Shown: piece after piece, positions 27,207 through 36,444 of the stretch
Numbering within the stretch: position 1 is the first letter of the stretch
Layout: each line of letters begins with the position of its first letter
IMG/VR virus record: IMGVR_UViG_3300023174_000218
Location: 1-53,744 of that record
DNA length: 53,744 nucleotides
Origin: a virus
Taxonomy: Duplodnaviria > Caudoviricetes
Reading direction: 5' to 3' (one strand)
The notes under the pieces: generated by a model
What the model saw: only the letters and a program-made list of their open reading frames with translations
Databases searched by the model: none
Told to the model about the DNA's origin: nothing
Position numbers and translations under genes: made by a program

Positions 27207-29527
27207 TATAAAGCACTTCCAATCTTCTTAAGAACATCGCTTTCACTAAGTTTTTTACCAATCATTTTAACAAGACGATCAGTTTCTTGTACACTTCCTT
27301 GAGCAATGTGTACCTTCATTTGTAAGTTAACAACAACGTTTTTAGAATTAGACCCACTATAAGCAGTTCCAATATTCATTCCCCCAGCTGGTCCACCAAG
27401 ATCTTCATTAAATCCGGAGCTAGTTAAAGAAGAACTTAAAGTTGGACTTGAAAGAGAAGTAAGAGAACTACTTGACATTGGTCCTTTTCTTAAACCAGAA
27501 GTAGTTTTTTTAGCCACAGACATAAGCTGTCCAGAGATTGCTCTAGGACCTGCAACAGATGAAGCAGTTAAATTTCCTCCAGTAGGTGCTGCCGGTGCTC
27601 CATTTAGATAAGGTGCCGGATTTATTTTAACACCCTTCTCATTGAGAAGTTCAAAGTGAAGGTGTGGGCCAGTAGAGTTACCTGCTCCAGGGGCTCCAGG
27701 TTTACCGCCAGACTTACCAACAACTTGTCCTGGAGAAACTTTTTGTCCTCTAGAAACATTGATTTGAGATAAGTGACCATAACGAGAAGCGGTACCATCT
27801 TCGTGTTTTACTTCAACCCAGTTTCCATAACCATTAGCATCGTTACCAATAGTACTAATAGCACCTGCTTCAACAGCAGTTAAAGGACTACCTACTGGTA
27901 TACCAAAGTCAATGCCATGGTGGTTTGAAGAAATACCTGGATGTTTAGAATTATCTCTTGGACCAAATCCAGAAGTTATAACTGCACCCTTTGGTACAGG
28001 GCTAACCATTGGTGTTGGAACCGAACTTCCACCAGGTCCACCAATTCCTAAGTTACCGTGATCATGTGGACCACCAGTAGCAAAACCAAGAAGACCACCA
28101 GCAGCAGCACCAATAGCAGCTCCTTGTGGACCAAAAAACATTCCAATTCCAGCACCCATACCGCCATATTTTGCAGCATTACCTGCACGTGAGCGCATAC
28201 TTCCTCTAGTACTTCCGCTTTGAATTGCACTTCCCGCAAGTCCTACCCCAGTTGCAACTAACCCACCTTTTAAAAATTTTCCACTCAGACCAACACCACC
28301 TCCGCCACCACCACCGCCAAGCAACCTAGTTAATACTCCAAATTGCACAAGACCTGAAATAGCCCCACTTATCGCACTGCCAAATCCGGCAAGAAGTCCT
28401 CCCATGTTTCCCGCATTAGGAAGGGTTTGTAAAATTCCTTTAAGAGTCATAAGGCCATCATTAACTGGACCAAGAGTATCTGCCATAGTACTGTAGGCGT
28501 CATTAAGCGCAGCAGTAGTGCGAAGTGATGCATCATATCCTCCAACTAAACCTTGTTCAGTTGCAGCAAGTTTTCTATTTTCACTTGAATTAAATCTAAA
28601 ATTAGCACGAAGAGGAGAGCTTTGATCTACACCCATTGCATTAAGAATCTTATTAGGATCTTTCATTTGCGATGCTGTAAGAGGTTTTCCATTAGAAGCA
28701 CGTGCAAGAATACCGGATTGGATCATCTGCATTAGCTGAGGATCGCCACCAGTAATTTGTTGAATGGTTGCGTAACCCTTACTGCCAGGGTTTAATACAA
28801 GAGCTGCTTGTTCTTTTGTGATCCTTTGACCACGATACAAGAAACTATATACGTCATTAATAATTGTGTTAGGTGGTTTTAAATTACCTTGAGTATCACG
28901 AATTTGAATACCAGCACGTAAAAAATTCATGCCGTTCATTCCCGCCATACTTGCGGCAGCCATCTCGTTACTCATACCAGACATGGCGCTTAATCCGCCA
29001 ATTTGTGACATGATATTTTTAGAACTTATTGAACTAGCTGTGTAACCACCTTGATACATTAAGTTCATTGCAGCCATGGTTGGACCCATAGCACTTGTTG
29101 CTCCGCCACCTACTTGTGCATTAGCTTGCATAATTGCTTGGCGTGAAGACATGCCACTAAGACCTGCGTAAGTATCTGCACCCAGGCGTTGCTTAACTGC
29201 ATCCATAGTATTAGGTGCGGCTTTCATATATGTGCCAGCACCAAATGCTGCTAAGCCAAGACCCATCCCAACTTTTTCAGCACGTGTAAATGAACCAAGA
29301 CCAAGACGTCCGGCGCCTGGTCTGCCTGCTGCAGCTTTTCCTGTAGCAGCTTCGGTTTCTTTAATACCTTTAGACCAGGTATCAACCATTTCGTCTACAA
29401 GTTTTTTAGCCTCTTTGAGATACTTAATAAACTCTTTAGGCATTCCTTCAAAATCAACTTGATCAGAGATAGGTGAAAAAGAGGTGGACTCAGCATCCGA
29501 TGGTGGGAACATACTTTGAGTTGCCAT
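27206..29527 (-). CDS. tape measure protein with M23 peptidase domain
   Basis: Ala/Gly/Met-rich helical region; ITSGFGPR...HHGIDF...YGNWV...YGHLS...GNSTGPHLHFE. Confidence 0.88.
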   Translation of the reverse strand: MATQSMFPPSDAESTSFSPISDQVDFEGMPKEFIKYLKEAKKLVDEMVDTWSKGIKETEAATGKAAAGRPGAGRLGLGSFTRAEKVGMGLGLAAFGAGTYMKAAPNTMDAVKQRLGADTYAGLSGMSSRQAIMQANAQVGGGATSAMGPTMAAMNLMYQGGYTASSISSKNIMSQIGGLSAMSGMSNEMAAASMAGMNGMNFLRAGIQIRDTQGNLKPPNTIINDVYSFLYRGQRITKEQAALVLNPGSKGYATIQQITGGDPQLMQMIQSGILARASNGKPLTASQMKDPNKILNAMGVDQSSPLRANFRFNSSENRKLAATEQGLVGGYDASLRTTAALNDAYSTMADTLGPVNDGLMTLKGILQTLPNAGNMGGLLAGFGSAISGAISGLVQFGVLTRLLGGGGGGGGVGLSGKFLKGGLVATGVGLAGSAIQSGSTRGSMRSRAGNAAKYGGMGAGIGMFFGPQGAAIGAAAGGLLGFATGGPHDHGNLGIGGPGGSSVPTPMVSPVPKGAVITSGFGPRDNSKHPGISSNHHGIDFGIPVGSPLTAVEAGAISTIGNDANGYGNWVEVKHEDGTASRYGHLSQINVSRGQKVSPGQVVGKSGGKPGAPGAGNSTGPHLHFELLNEKGVKINPAPYLNGAPAAPTGGNLTASSVAGPRAISGQLMSVAKKTTSGLRKGPMSSSSLTSLSSPTLSSSLTSSGFNEDLGGPAGGMNIGTAYSGSNSKNVVVNLQMKVHIAQGSVQETDRLVKMIGKKLSESDVLKKIGSAL

Positions 29528-29532
29528 TTACA

Positions 29533-29655
29533 TCACCGCCTTATTCTAGCCGTAGCTCTATCTAACCAATTTATACGTTCTCTCATACTGAGGTTACGTA
29601 CTTCATTTAGTGTCCACCCCGGATAATTCTGGACTATTAAATCCTGCATATCCAT
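29533..29655 (-). CDS. tail assembly chaperone, downstream (frameshift) part
   Basis: Not in the ORF track: MDMQDLIVQNYPGWTLNEVRNLSMRERINWLDRATARIRR; the frame is open back through the upstream stop. Confidence 0.7.
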   Translation of the reverse strand: MDMQDLIVQNYPGWTLNEVRNLSMRERINWLDRATARIRR

Positions 29656-29677
29656 GAGTAGTTCGTAGTCAATCTCG

Positions 29678-30511
29678 TTAGCGAAACAATTCCGCTAAAG
29701 TTAGCGGAAGCGGTACCTCCGTGCCGCAAGACTGACATGGGATTTTTATTTCACTGAGTTGTGGGCCTGGGTTGCGGTTTGTAATTTCCTGAAGAATGTC
29801 TCTACGGTCTTTCAGGCTTAGTTTTCGAACATCGTCTAAACTAAGTACTGTCTTTCCATTGATAGATTCAATACAGTTTTTCAGAAGAATTGTATCTAAT
29901 TCTGCTGAAGTTTTGTTGGTAGATGTAACAATAGCTTTTTGGGTACTTCCAGTAGGAAGTGTTACTACTACGTCTCCAACCTTACACTTAACATTAAAGG
30001 TATGCTCCCCGTCAAATTTCTTAAGAGGAACGTCTTTAGATAAGTCTATTTCAAAAACTTGCTCTACGTTACAGCTAGGGCATTCTCCAGGTCCTAATTT
30101 AATATCAGATCCAAAAGTAGCTTTTCTAATTGCTAGTAGTAATAGTTCACGATCACCGGCATAGAGAGCATCTAGTGTCTCTTTGTCAGCAAGTTCGTCA
30201 CCAATCTTTACTGTGGCTCGTTCTAAGATTGTTAAAAGAGCTTTTCCAGGATCAGTAACCTTAGATAAAAGTTCTTCATCTAACCCATTAAGTTCTCTAA
30301 TTTCTGCTGTAGAAATTAAACCTAAAAATGGATCCATTAATCCGCCCAATAGTTCAACTGTAGTATCAGGTGGGGGCGTAGTAGTAACTTTTACATTACT
30401 ACTAGCCACCACCGGATCAGGTGAAGCCATTGCCTTAGACGCTAGTTCATTTGCTAAAGCTGGGTTATTTGCCGCATTTATGCTCGTATTAGTAGTCATT
30501 TTATTTTCCAT
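29678..30511 (-). CDS. tail assembly chaperone (T4 gp26-like)
   Basis: IRELNGLDEE, L..GDRELLLLAIR..TFG, CPSC, L...DR..I, CQSC; lies between tube and tape measure. Confidence 0.8.
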   Translation of the reverse strand: MENKMTTNTSINAANNPALANELASKAMASPDPVVASSNVKVTTTPPPDTTVELLGGLMDPFLGLISTAEIRELNGLDEELLSKVTDPGKALLTILERATVKIGDELADKETLDALYAGDRELLLLAIRKATFGSDIKLGPGECPSCNVEQVFEIDLSKDVPLKKFDGEHTFNVKCKVGDVVVTLPTGSTQKAIVTSTNKTSAELDTILLKNCIESINGKTVLSLDDVRKLSLKDRRDILQEITNRNPGPQLSEIKIPCQSCGTEVPLPLTLAELFR

Positions 30512-30524
30512 TTCTTTTAATTAA

Positions 30525-31151
30525 TTAGTTACCGGCTCTAGTACGTTCAGGTGCAGAATTAGAAGCCTCGTAACCTGTTGCATAAGATACATCCCAACCT
30601 TCATGCACTAGAGACATTTCTTCTACCATAAGGGTATTAGCTCCTGCATCTAGATTGCTATAGGATAGGGATGAGATCCAAGCATTGTATACCTTAAAAC
30701 GAAGTGATGTGTGTTGCTTAAGATCAACATCTGCTTGTGTACCACCTGTGCCACCAGTACTTGCCTGAGGATTTGGATGGCTTAAAACTTGGATATCAAG
30801 GTCACAACGGAATCCGGCACCAACACCAGTTGTATAGCTAGGAGTTAGAACTGAAAACAGACGCTTCATCCATTTTGCATTTGAATCTTGTCCCAACATT
30901 ACTCCTTTAGAAAGAGTGATTGGGCTGAATGCTGATTGACCAGGGATTTGGTGAACGTTAGTATTATATCCACCTTCACGATAGGCAATAGGCTCAGTTG
31001 TTACATTAAGGCCAGATAGAGAAACAAACCCCATCTTTGCTGGCTTTGATGTATCTTTCCATTCATCTGTTGGTATAAACGATACTAAGAACTTAAAATT
31101 ACGGACTGGATCCGTCATTAAAGTACTTAATGTATTATTAGTTGCTGGCAT
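30525..31151 (-). CDS. tail tube protein (T4 gp19-like)
   Basis: DPVRNFKFLV, GF..LSGL..TTE.I.YREGG, ITLSKG, YNAWI..L..S.LDA....L.VEE..LVHEG. Confidence 0.92.
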   Translation of the reverse strand: MPATNNTLSTLMTDPVRNFKFLVSFIPTDEWKDTSKPAKMGFVSLSGLNVTTEPIAYREGGYNTNVHQIPGQSAFSPITLSKGVMLGQDSNAKWMKRLFSVLTPSYTTGVGAGFRCDLDIQVLSHPNPQASTGGTGGTQADVDLKQHTSLRFKVYNAWISSLSYSNLDAGANTLMVEEMSLVHEGWDVSYATGYEASNSAPERTRAGN

Positions 31152-31166
31152 TTTTATTTATCTCCT

Positions 31167-32951
31167 TTACGCTGATGCGTTTCCGGTTAGTTGTCCAAGC
31201 TTAATGACAACAAACTCTGCTGGGTACTCAAGAGCTACACCTATTTCAATATTAACTTTACCTTGTTGAATATCGCTAAAGCTAGTTGTAGTATCGTCGC
31301 ACTTTACGTAAAATGCTTGAGCTGGATTTGTTCCACGTAGTCCACCTGATTGCCAGTAAGCAAGAAGGAAGCTACTTAAAGATGTGCGAATTTGAGACCA
31401 TAGACGTGAGTCATTGTTCTCAAAAAGAGCAAACGATGTTAGATCATTAATAGACTTCTCAATGTAGATTAAAGAACGTCGGATATTGATATAACGGTTG
31501 TTTGGAGTATTATCAAGAGTGCGGCCACCCATGATAACAATACCTGCGCCAGGAACCTGACGGATAGCATTAATTGGATCAACTGATGTATTGATAGCAT
31601 CAAGTTCAGCATTAGTAAACAAGTGCTCAGTAGATACAGCAAGAGCCATAACATTCTGAAGACCTGCTGGAGTCTTGGCTGGACCACGAGATGCATCAGT
31701 AGCAATGTACTGGCCAACAACACCGGCGCCAGGAGCTTGTAGGCGAGTTACGCCAATCCCCTTATTCACATCTGGAATGCTGTACCAAGGGTAGTAAGCT
31801 GCTGCAATATTTCCTGAAGTAACTCCAGAAAAAATAGCGTAAGTTGCACTTACTTGAGTTTGTGCAGCAGTTGCTGATAGTCCAGCAGGAGTATCAAAAA
31901 CTGCAAAACAATCATTGCGACTAGCTGCATAAGCAACTGCGTCACCATGAATTTGTGCTGTAAGAGTACTTGTTGCAGCATATGGAGCATCTGGTGCGTA
32001 AATAACTAGAGGGTTAAGTACGGAATCAAATGTTGACCATGCTCCTGCATAATCAGAACGACCAAGAGATGCACCATCTGATCCTCCAGCAAATCCAATA
32101 AAACCAGTAGTAATTGCTGGAGTTTTTGTATTATCTAAACCTACGCTGCTAATAGTAATTACTGAAGTAGGATTAGAGTTAACAATAGAAAGAACAAAGT
32201 TTCTATCTGTAGATGCCATGCTTAAATCTGAATAAGATTCAATTAAGGTTGTAGATGAGTTGCCATTAACAGTAGTTGTCTGATATACCTCAAGACCAAA
32301 ACGGCTAGCAGAACCAGAAGCAACAATTTTAACTGAATAGTTACCGGACCAAGATCCAGCGCTAGCAGCATTAATTGTAAATACTGGGTTAGAAGGTACG
32401 GTTACTACTACTGTAGCTGTTGCAGAAGCACCGGTTACGGCAGTTCCTGTAGCAGCACTTGTAACAGTAAATTGTGAACCTGAACGAGTAGCAATAGTTG
32501 CATTAGTTAGGTTAAAAGCTGTTGTTGAAAGTCCAGTAATAGATACTGTTTGTCCAACAGCAAATGTGTTAGTAGCTGTGTATGTAATTGTTCCAGAAGC
32601 TGCAGAGGCTGCAGTTACTGTAGCAGTAGTAGTGGTAGTAGTTCCAGTACCATCGTTAACAATCAAGGATCCTGTTCCAGGACCTGATCCGATAACACGC
32701 TTTACATATAGATTGCGGCCACCATTAGCAAAAAAGTTATAGGCAGCCCAAGTTGTTGGGTATAAGTCATTTAATCCACCAAAAGTCTTAACAAAATCTG
32801 TCCAAGTACTTACTAGAACAGGTGCTAATGTAGGACCTTGTGGAAGAGCTCCAGCAAATGCTCCGACAGCGTTTGCAGTGTTTGCAGGCTGCACAGCTTG
32901 AGGAAGAGCTACTTCCTGGATATAGACTCCGGGACGGGCAAGATTTGCCAT
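31167..32951 (-). CDS. tail sheath protein
   Basis: RPGVYIQE, FFANGG, YYPW, KTPAG, INAIR..PG.GI..MGGRTL, YINIRR, FENND..LW, PAEFVVI. Confidence 0.95.
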   Translation of the reverse strand: MANLARPGVYIQEVALPQAVQPANTANAVGAFAGALPQGPTLAPVLVSTWTDFVKTFGGLNDLYPTTWAAYNFFANGGRNLYVKRVIGSGPGTGSLIVNDGTGTTTTTTATVTAASAASGTITYTATNTFAVGQTVSITGLSTTAFNLTNATIATRSGSQFTVTSAATGTAVTGASATATVVVTVPSNPVFTINAASAGSWSGNYSVKIVASGSASRFGLEVYQTTTVNGNSSTTLIESYSDLSMASTDRNFVLSIVNSNPTSVITISSVGLDNTKTPAITTGFIGFAGGSDGASLGRSDYAGAWSTFDSVLNPLVIYAPDAPYAATSTLTAQIHGDAVAYAASRNDCFAVFDTPAGLSATAAQTQVSATYAIFSGVTSGNIAAAYYPWYSIPDVNKGIGVTRLQAPGAGVVGQYIATDASRGPAKTPAGLQNVMALAVSTEHLFTNAELDAINTSVDPINAIRQVPGAGIVIMGGRTLDNTPNNRYINIRRSLIYIEKSINDLTSFALFENNDSRLWSQIRTSLSSFLLAYWQSGGLRGTNPAQAFYVKCDDTTTSFSDIQQGKVNIEIGVALEYPAEFVVIKLGQLTGNASA

Positions 32952-32984
32952 TCGGGGTTTCTCCTTTAGGGTTAGGTTGTTTTC

Positions 32985-33614
32985 TTAATGAGACGGAATT
33001 GTTTGCCAAATAGTTGCGTTAAGGGTAGTTTGGTACCCTAGTGATGTATTGACATCGGTTACAGTATAAACTGCGCTGAGTTGATCAGGGAACAGTTCTG
33101 CACTGATTCGAATATTGTAGACATTACTAAATAAACGTTTACCGCCTTCAGTAGTATCTCTTTTTGAGAACCCCAACATATCCAAACGACGGTTTGTTCC
33201 GTCTTGAGGAATGGGTAGTTGCCCAAATCTAAATGGTAGTCTACCAGGTGCAAACAACTTAGACATAATCTGACGATCATGACGAGGTTGGCGGGACCAT
33301 GTGGAGACTTGGTAGATAAGATCTACCGGGATAGGAAAGTTAACTGGTTGGTTTATAGAGCTATCTTGTTTAAGATTAGGTGTCATGTCCTCAGGTGTAT
33401 AAGTCAGATCTACTATGCCTCTATGGGCACGCTCTATATCCTCACGAACACCTACTAAGTCTAAAGTGATGTAAGGATAGCTCTGTTGACGAATATCTTT
33501 ATCTGGCTGTCCATAGTAGACAGCAACAGGGCGTGCAGCATTTCCGCTGTCTGAAACAGTGATGCCTTGAAGCAAGGTCTTTAGGGCTTCATCTTCATTA
33601 ATAATAAATGGCAT
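32985..33614 (-). CDS. tail completion/terminator protein
   Basis: V.YGQPD.DIR.QSYPYIT, PVDLIYQV.TWSR.PRHDR; immediately upstream of the sheath gene. Confidence 0.7.
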   Translation of the reverse strand: MPFIINEDEALKTLLQGITVSDSGNAARPVAVYYGQPDKDIRQQSYPYITLDLVGVREDIERAHRGIVDLTYTPEDMTPNLKQDSSINQPVNFPIPVDLIYQVSTWSRQPRHDRQIMSKLFAPGRLPFRFGQLPIPQDGTNRRLDMLGFSKRDTTEGGKRLFSNVYNIRISAELFPDQLSAVYTVTDVNTSLGYQTTLNATIWQTIPSH

Positions 33615-33883
33615 TAGTTAGCCCCCAACATAAAAGTTCTTAAAGCAGGTGCAGGTTGGGTATCTTGAGTTCCATACTCTAAAGCATGGATAATATCCTT
33701 ATAGTTTCTTGGATGTGAAATTGCATGGTTTTTACCATCATATGTAATATTAAGATTATTTACAACTTCTGATGGCCAGCCGTATGAAGAAGCATGGTTT
33801 TGAAGTTGTTTTGTGCGAACTTTTACCGCTTGTTTCTCTGCAGCAATGATTAGGGAATCAAAAGTTTTTTTGAAGTTACCCAC
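33614..33883 (-). CDS. putative neck/tail completion protein
   Basis: LEYGT...P.PALR C-terminus resembles HK97 gp10-like proteins; GTG start. Confidence 0.55.
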   Translation of the reverse strand: MGNFKKTFDSLIIAAEKQAVKVRTKQLQNHASSYGWPSEVVNNLNITYDGKNHAISHPRNYKDIIHALEYGTQDTQPAPALRTFMLGAN

Positions 33884-34037
33884 GGTTACGGAGCCATTTC
33901 GATAGCAAAAACCCCGCAGCAAAACCAACAACGATTTTCTTACCACCGTTTTGGTTAAGGCTGGCTAAGCCACGAACAAACTCCTGTTTATCGGCATCAG
34001 TCTCTTCACGAACAAGCCGAGTAGCTAAATTAATCAT
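33876..34037 (-). CDS. small protein with C-terminal hydrophobic helix (53 aa)
   Basis: Not in the ORF track: MINLATRLVREETDADKQEFVRGLASLNQNGGKKIVVGFAAGFLLSKWLRNRG; GGAGG SD. Confidence 0.65.
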   Translation of the reverse strand: MINLATRLVREETDADKQEFVRGLASLNQNGGKKIVVGFAAGFLLSKWLRNRG

Positions 34038-34119
34038 AATTCCTCCATAGGAAGATGCAGGGTGTTACAAGCAGGGTTCCGGATTACTCCGGCGTCAATA
34101 ACAATCATAAAGCAAAAAT

Positions 34120-34482
34120 TTAATAATTTATGGCTAAAGGCTCAGTATTATAAGAATCGCGGTTTTGGTAGGTTTTTAGCCTGTGACAGTTTGCACAAAG
34201 GGTTTGAAGATTTGCCAAACTATTGTTTGAACGATCCCCGTCTATATGGTCTACGTCTAACTGCATTCTATGCTCTGGTACAAACCCACATCGTTCACAA
34301 GTATCTTTTTTGTAAGCTACCCAAGGCCTACCTTTATTCACTCGAATACCTACTGTACATCTCCAACCAAATGAGCCTGTTATATTTCCTCGCCGTTTAA
34401 CACTAATAGGGCCACAATTTGAGCACAGAGCTGTTCTAAGCTCCGGGTCAATGTTTGATAGACGATGTATATGTTTTCCCAT
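34120..34482 (-). CDS. HNH endonuclease
   Basis: CERCGF...LDVDHIDGDRSNN...NLQTLCANCHRLKT; start trimmed to MGKHIH. Confidence 0.88.
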   Translation of the reverse strand: MGKHIHRLSNIDPELRTALCSNCGPISVKRRGNITGSFGWRCTVGIRVNKGRPWVAYKKDTCERCGFVPEHRMQLDVDHIDGDRSNNSLANLQTLCANCHRLKTYQNRDSYNTEPLAINY

Positions 34483-34498
34483 ACCTATATCATAAACG

Positions 34499-34522
34499 AA
34501 AAAACCCCCTGCGGAGGGGGTT
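34499..34522 (-). terminator. Rho-independent terminator
   Basis: AACCCCCT-CCGC-AGGGGGTT followed by a T-run. Confidence 0.8.
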
Positions 34523-34528
34523 AAATCG

Positions 34529-34753
34529 TTACTTCTTTTTAATTTTCTTGGCCAGAGCCTTGTCCATCTTAACGTCTTCTTTAGCTGATGGCTTCTTCTT
34601 ATCCATCTTCTTATCAGCCGCTTCAAACTTTTTCTTTTGAGCAGGTGTCATGCCTTTTTTTGCTTTGGCATCTTGCTTCTTATCAGCAGACTTTGACATA
34701 GGCTTCTTGCCTGACATCTTGCCCTTCATTCCACATCCACAGGTAGCGCACAT
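34529..34753 (-). CDS. small Lys-rich basic protein
   Basis: MCATCGCG... then many Lys; TAATG-coupled. Confidence 0.75.
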   Translation of the reverse strand: MCATCGCGMKGKMSGKKPMSKSADKKQDAKAKKGMTPAQKKKFEAADKKMDKKKPSAKEDVKMDKALAKKIKKK

Positions 34754-34926
34754 TATTTTTTCTTCTTTCGTAGGGCCGCAAAATCAGAACCTTCTAGTTT
34801 GCCGTCTTTATCTACGTCAAGCTTCTTCTGCTTTGGGGACAGTTTCTTATTAGTCTTCTTAGCGCCCTTCTTGCAAGCGCCTTTACATCCCGGCTTTGAA
34901 CAGCCGCATCCACATGACTTACACAT
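34753..34926 (-). CDS. small Cys/Lys-rich protein with EF-hand-like loop (57 aa)
   Basis: Not in the ORF track: MCKSCGCGCSKPGCKGACKKGAKKTNKKLSPKQKKLDVDKDGKLEGSDFAALRKKKK. Confidence 0.75.
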   Translation of the reverse strand: MCKSCGCGCSKPGCKGACKKGAKKTNKKLSPKQKKLDVDKDGKLEGSDFAALRKKKK

Positions 34927-35132
34927 TATTTTTTACCTTTCGTATGGGGGTTTTTCTTATGCCATTCTTTAGTTGCCTTGACGCCCTCTTTAACAGTCTT
35001 GGCTCCAGCTTTTTTAGTCAGGTTAATCTTATCCCATTTAGGATCATTCTTACCTGCATGGTCGACTATAACATCGCCCTTTTTATTCTTCTTAACCTCG
35101 TGGACCTTGCCACTAACCTTTAGTTTTGCCAC
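34926..35132 (-). CDS. small Lys-rich basic protein
   Basis: 68 aa, GTG start, coupled to neighbours. Confidence 0.7.
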   Translation of the reverse strand: MAKLKVSGKVHEVKKNKKGDVIVDHAGKNDPKWDKINLTKKAGAKTVKEGVKATKEWHKKNPHTKGKK

Positions 35133-35253
35133 TTTTTTTCTTCACTTTCGTTGGTAGTTTTTTACCTTTAGGTGTATGTTCTTCCCACTTTTCGGCCATT
35201 TTAGGATCATTAGCATACATCCATTTACGTTGAGATTGAGATTTAAAAGGCAT
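35113..35253 (-). CDS. small Lys-rich basic protein (46 aa)
   Basis: Not in the ORF track: MPFKSQSQRKWMYANDPKMAEKWEEHTPKGKKLPTKVKKKSGKTKG. Confidence 0.7.
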   Translation of the reverse strand: MPFKSQSQRKWMYANDPKMAEKWEEHTPKGKKLPTKVKKKSGKTKG

Positions 35254-35834
35254 TATAGTGAGCTTTCATCAAAGGCAGTGTAACCAGCGTAGCGCTGGAA
35301 CTGCGAGTCATTGACCAGTTCTTCGGCGTTAACTTGCTCACAGGATATCTGTAACAAGGTGTACTTATTTTTAATAATACCATGTGGTGAGACCTGTGTA
35401 GGTGAGAATACTTCATTTCTGAAGACAATTCGATCACGTAGATATGCGTCTGGGTTTATCTCTACGGTTGAAAGTTCACGACGGTTAGCCGCATTTCCAC
35501 CATAAAAATTTAAGTGGTTTTCAACAACGTCAACATTAATTGTAACGGTTAAAAGATCTGTGTTATAGAAACCACGGTCGTTCTGTACTGTAGCGCCCTG
35601 TTCTAAATGGGCATTAACTACTGGAATAGTAAAAGGGTTAAGCCATTTACGGCCTCCACCAATAACGGATGAACCCACATCATAAATAGGGTCTACTGCA
35701 GTATTTACTGGATCAAAAATCCACCAGTCTATAAATGTACCGACAGTTTGCACAAGCTCAACGCTTGTACCAGATACGTTTGATCCACGTTCATAGGATA
35801 TATTAAAACGTCCTTCACGTTGATCCCCACGCAT
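35253..35834 (-). CDS. head closure/neck protein
   Basis: VDPIYDVG...KW..P..IPV...RGFYNTD...DRIVF..EVF; assigned from beta-barrel-like pattern and position. Confidence 0.55.
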   Translation of the reverse strand: MRGDQREGRFNISYERGSNVSGTSVELVQTVGTFIDWWIFDPVNTAVDPIYDVGSSVIGGGRKWLNPFTIPVVNAHLEQGATVQNDRGFYNTDLLTVTINVDVVENHLNFYGGNAANRRELSTVEINPDAYLRDRIVFRNEVFSPTQVSPHGIIKNKYTLLQISCEQVNAEELVNDSQFQRYAGYTAFDESSL

Positions 35835-35836
35835 AC

Positions 35837-36085
35837 CTACTCCGTATCTTCGGTGTATTCGCCCCATTTACCTATAGGACATTTTGCTGAATCTAATTTA
35901 GTTTTTGCTGCCATAATACAGCCGCACTTTAAACATGTTTTAGTTATCTTTTGAAAAAACGGACAAGTTACACAAAGTGTATATCTAGCTTCTGCTTCTT
36001 CTTTAGGAATCTTTTGACTATTAATCTTTAATAAATCTAAAGGTGTAACGCCATTTCTAGCTTTATACTCTTCCCAAGGATTCAT
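35837..36085 (-). CDS. small Cys-rich protein (DUF6171-like)
   Basis: R...CVTCP.......CLKCGC.M..KTKL..AKCPIGKW. Confidence 0.75.
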   Translation of the reverse strand: MNPWEEYKARNGVTPLDLLKINSQKIPKEEAEARYTLCVTCPFFQKITKTCLKCGCIMAAKTKLDSAKCPIGKWGEYTEDTE

Positions 36086-36108
36086 AATGCCCCACCCCTT
36101 TAAAAAGT

Positions 36109-36378
36109 TTAGTTACCAGCAGCCTTAGCACGTGCAACAAGTACATCTTCATAACGGGTAAATTTTCCTGTGCTTGGATTGTATTGATCGCCAGGCAAAA
36201 TTCTATCTGTATTAAAACCTAAATCAACAAAAACCGGGTTGCTTTTAAAAGCAGCAAGGGTTGCCTCATCTACGGCCATAACCTGTACTACCTCTGTATC
36301 CACAACAAGAGCGACCTTTGGCAGGTCATCACGTACTGGATCAATTTGCTGATTGTTTGAACTAGTAGCCATTAACAT
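36109..36378 (-). CDS. small fibre-associated protein
   Basis: VALVVD.EVVQVM...AAF.SNP.FV...G..Y...KF; paralog of 38001..38336. Confidence 0.7.
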   Translation of the reverse strand: MLMATSSNNQQIDPVRDDLPKVALVVDTEVVQVMAVDEATLAAFKSNPVFVDLGFNTDRILPGDQYNPSTGKFTRYEDVLVARAKAAGN

Positions 36379-36444
36379 CTCCTAAAATTAATTTACCAAC
36401 TTCCTATAGTATACAGGAAACTTGTATAAGTAGGACCTATAGTA

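Noticed and set aside
34120-34626. Long N-terminal extensions in the ORF track (HNH 34626, polA 5339, whiB 10956, SWIM 12838, 37335)
   Set aside because: They run through terminators, hairpins or upstream genes; downstream starts with an SD or translational coupling fit better.
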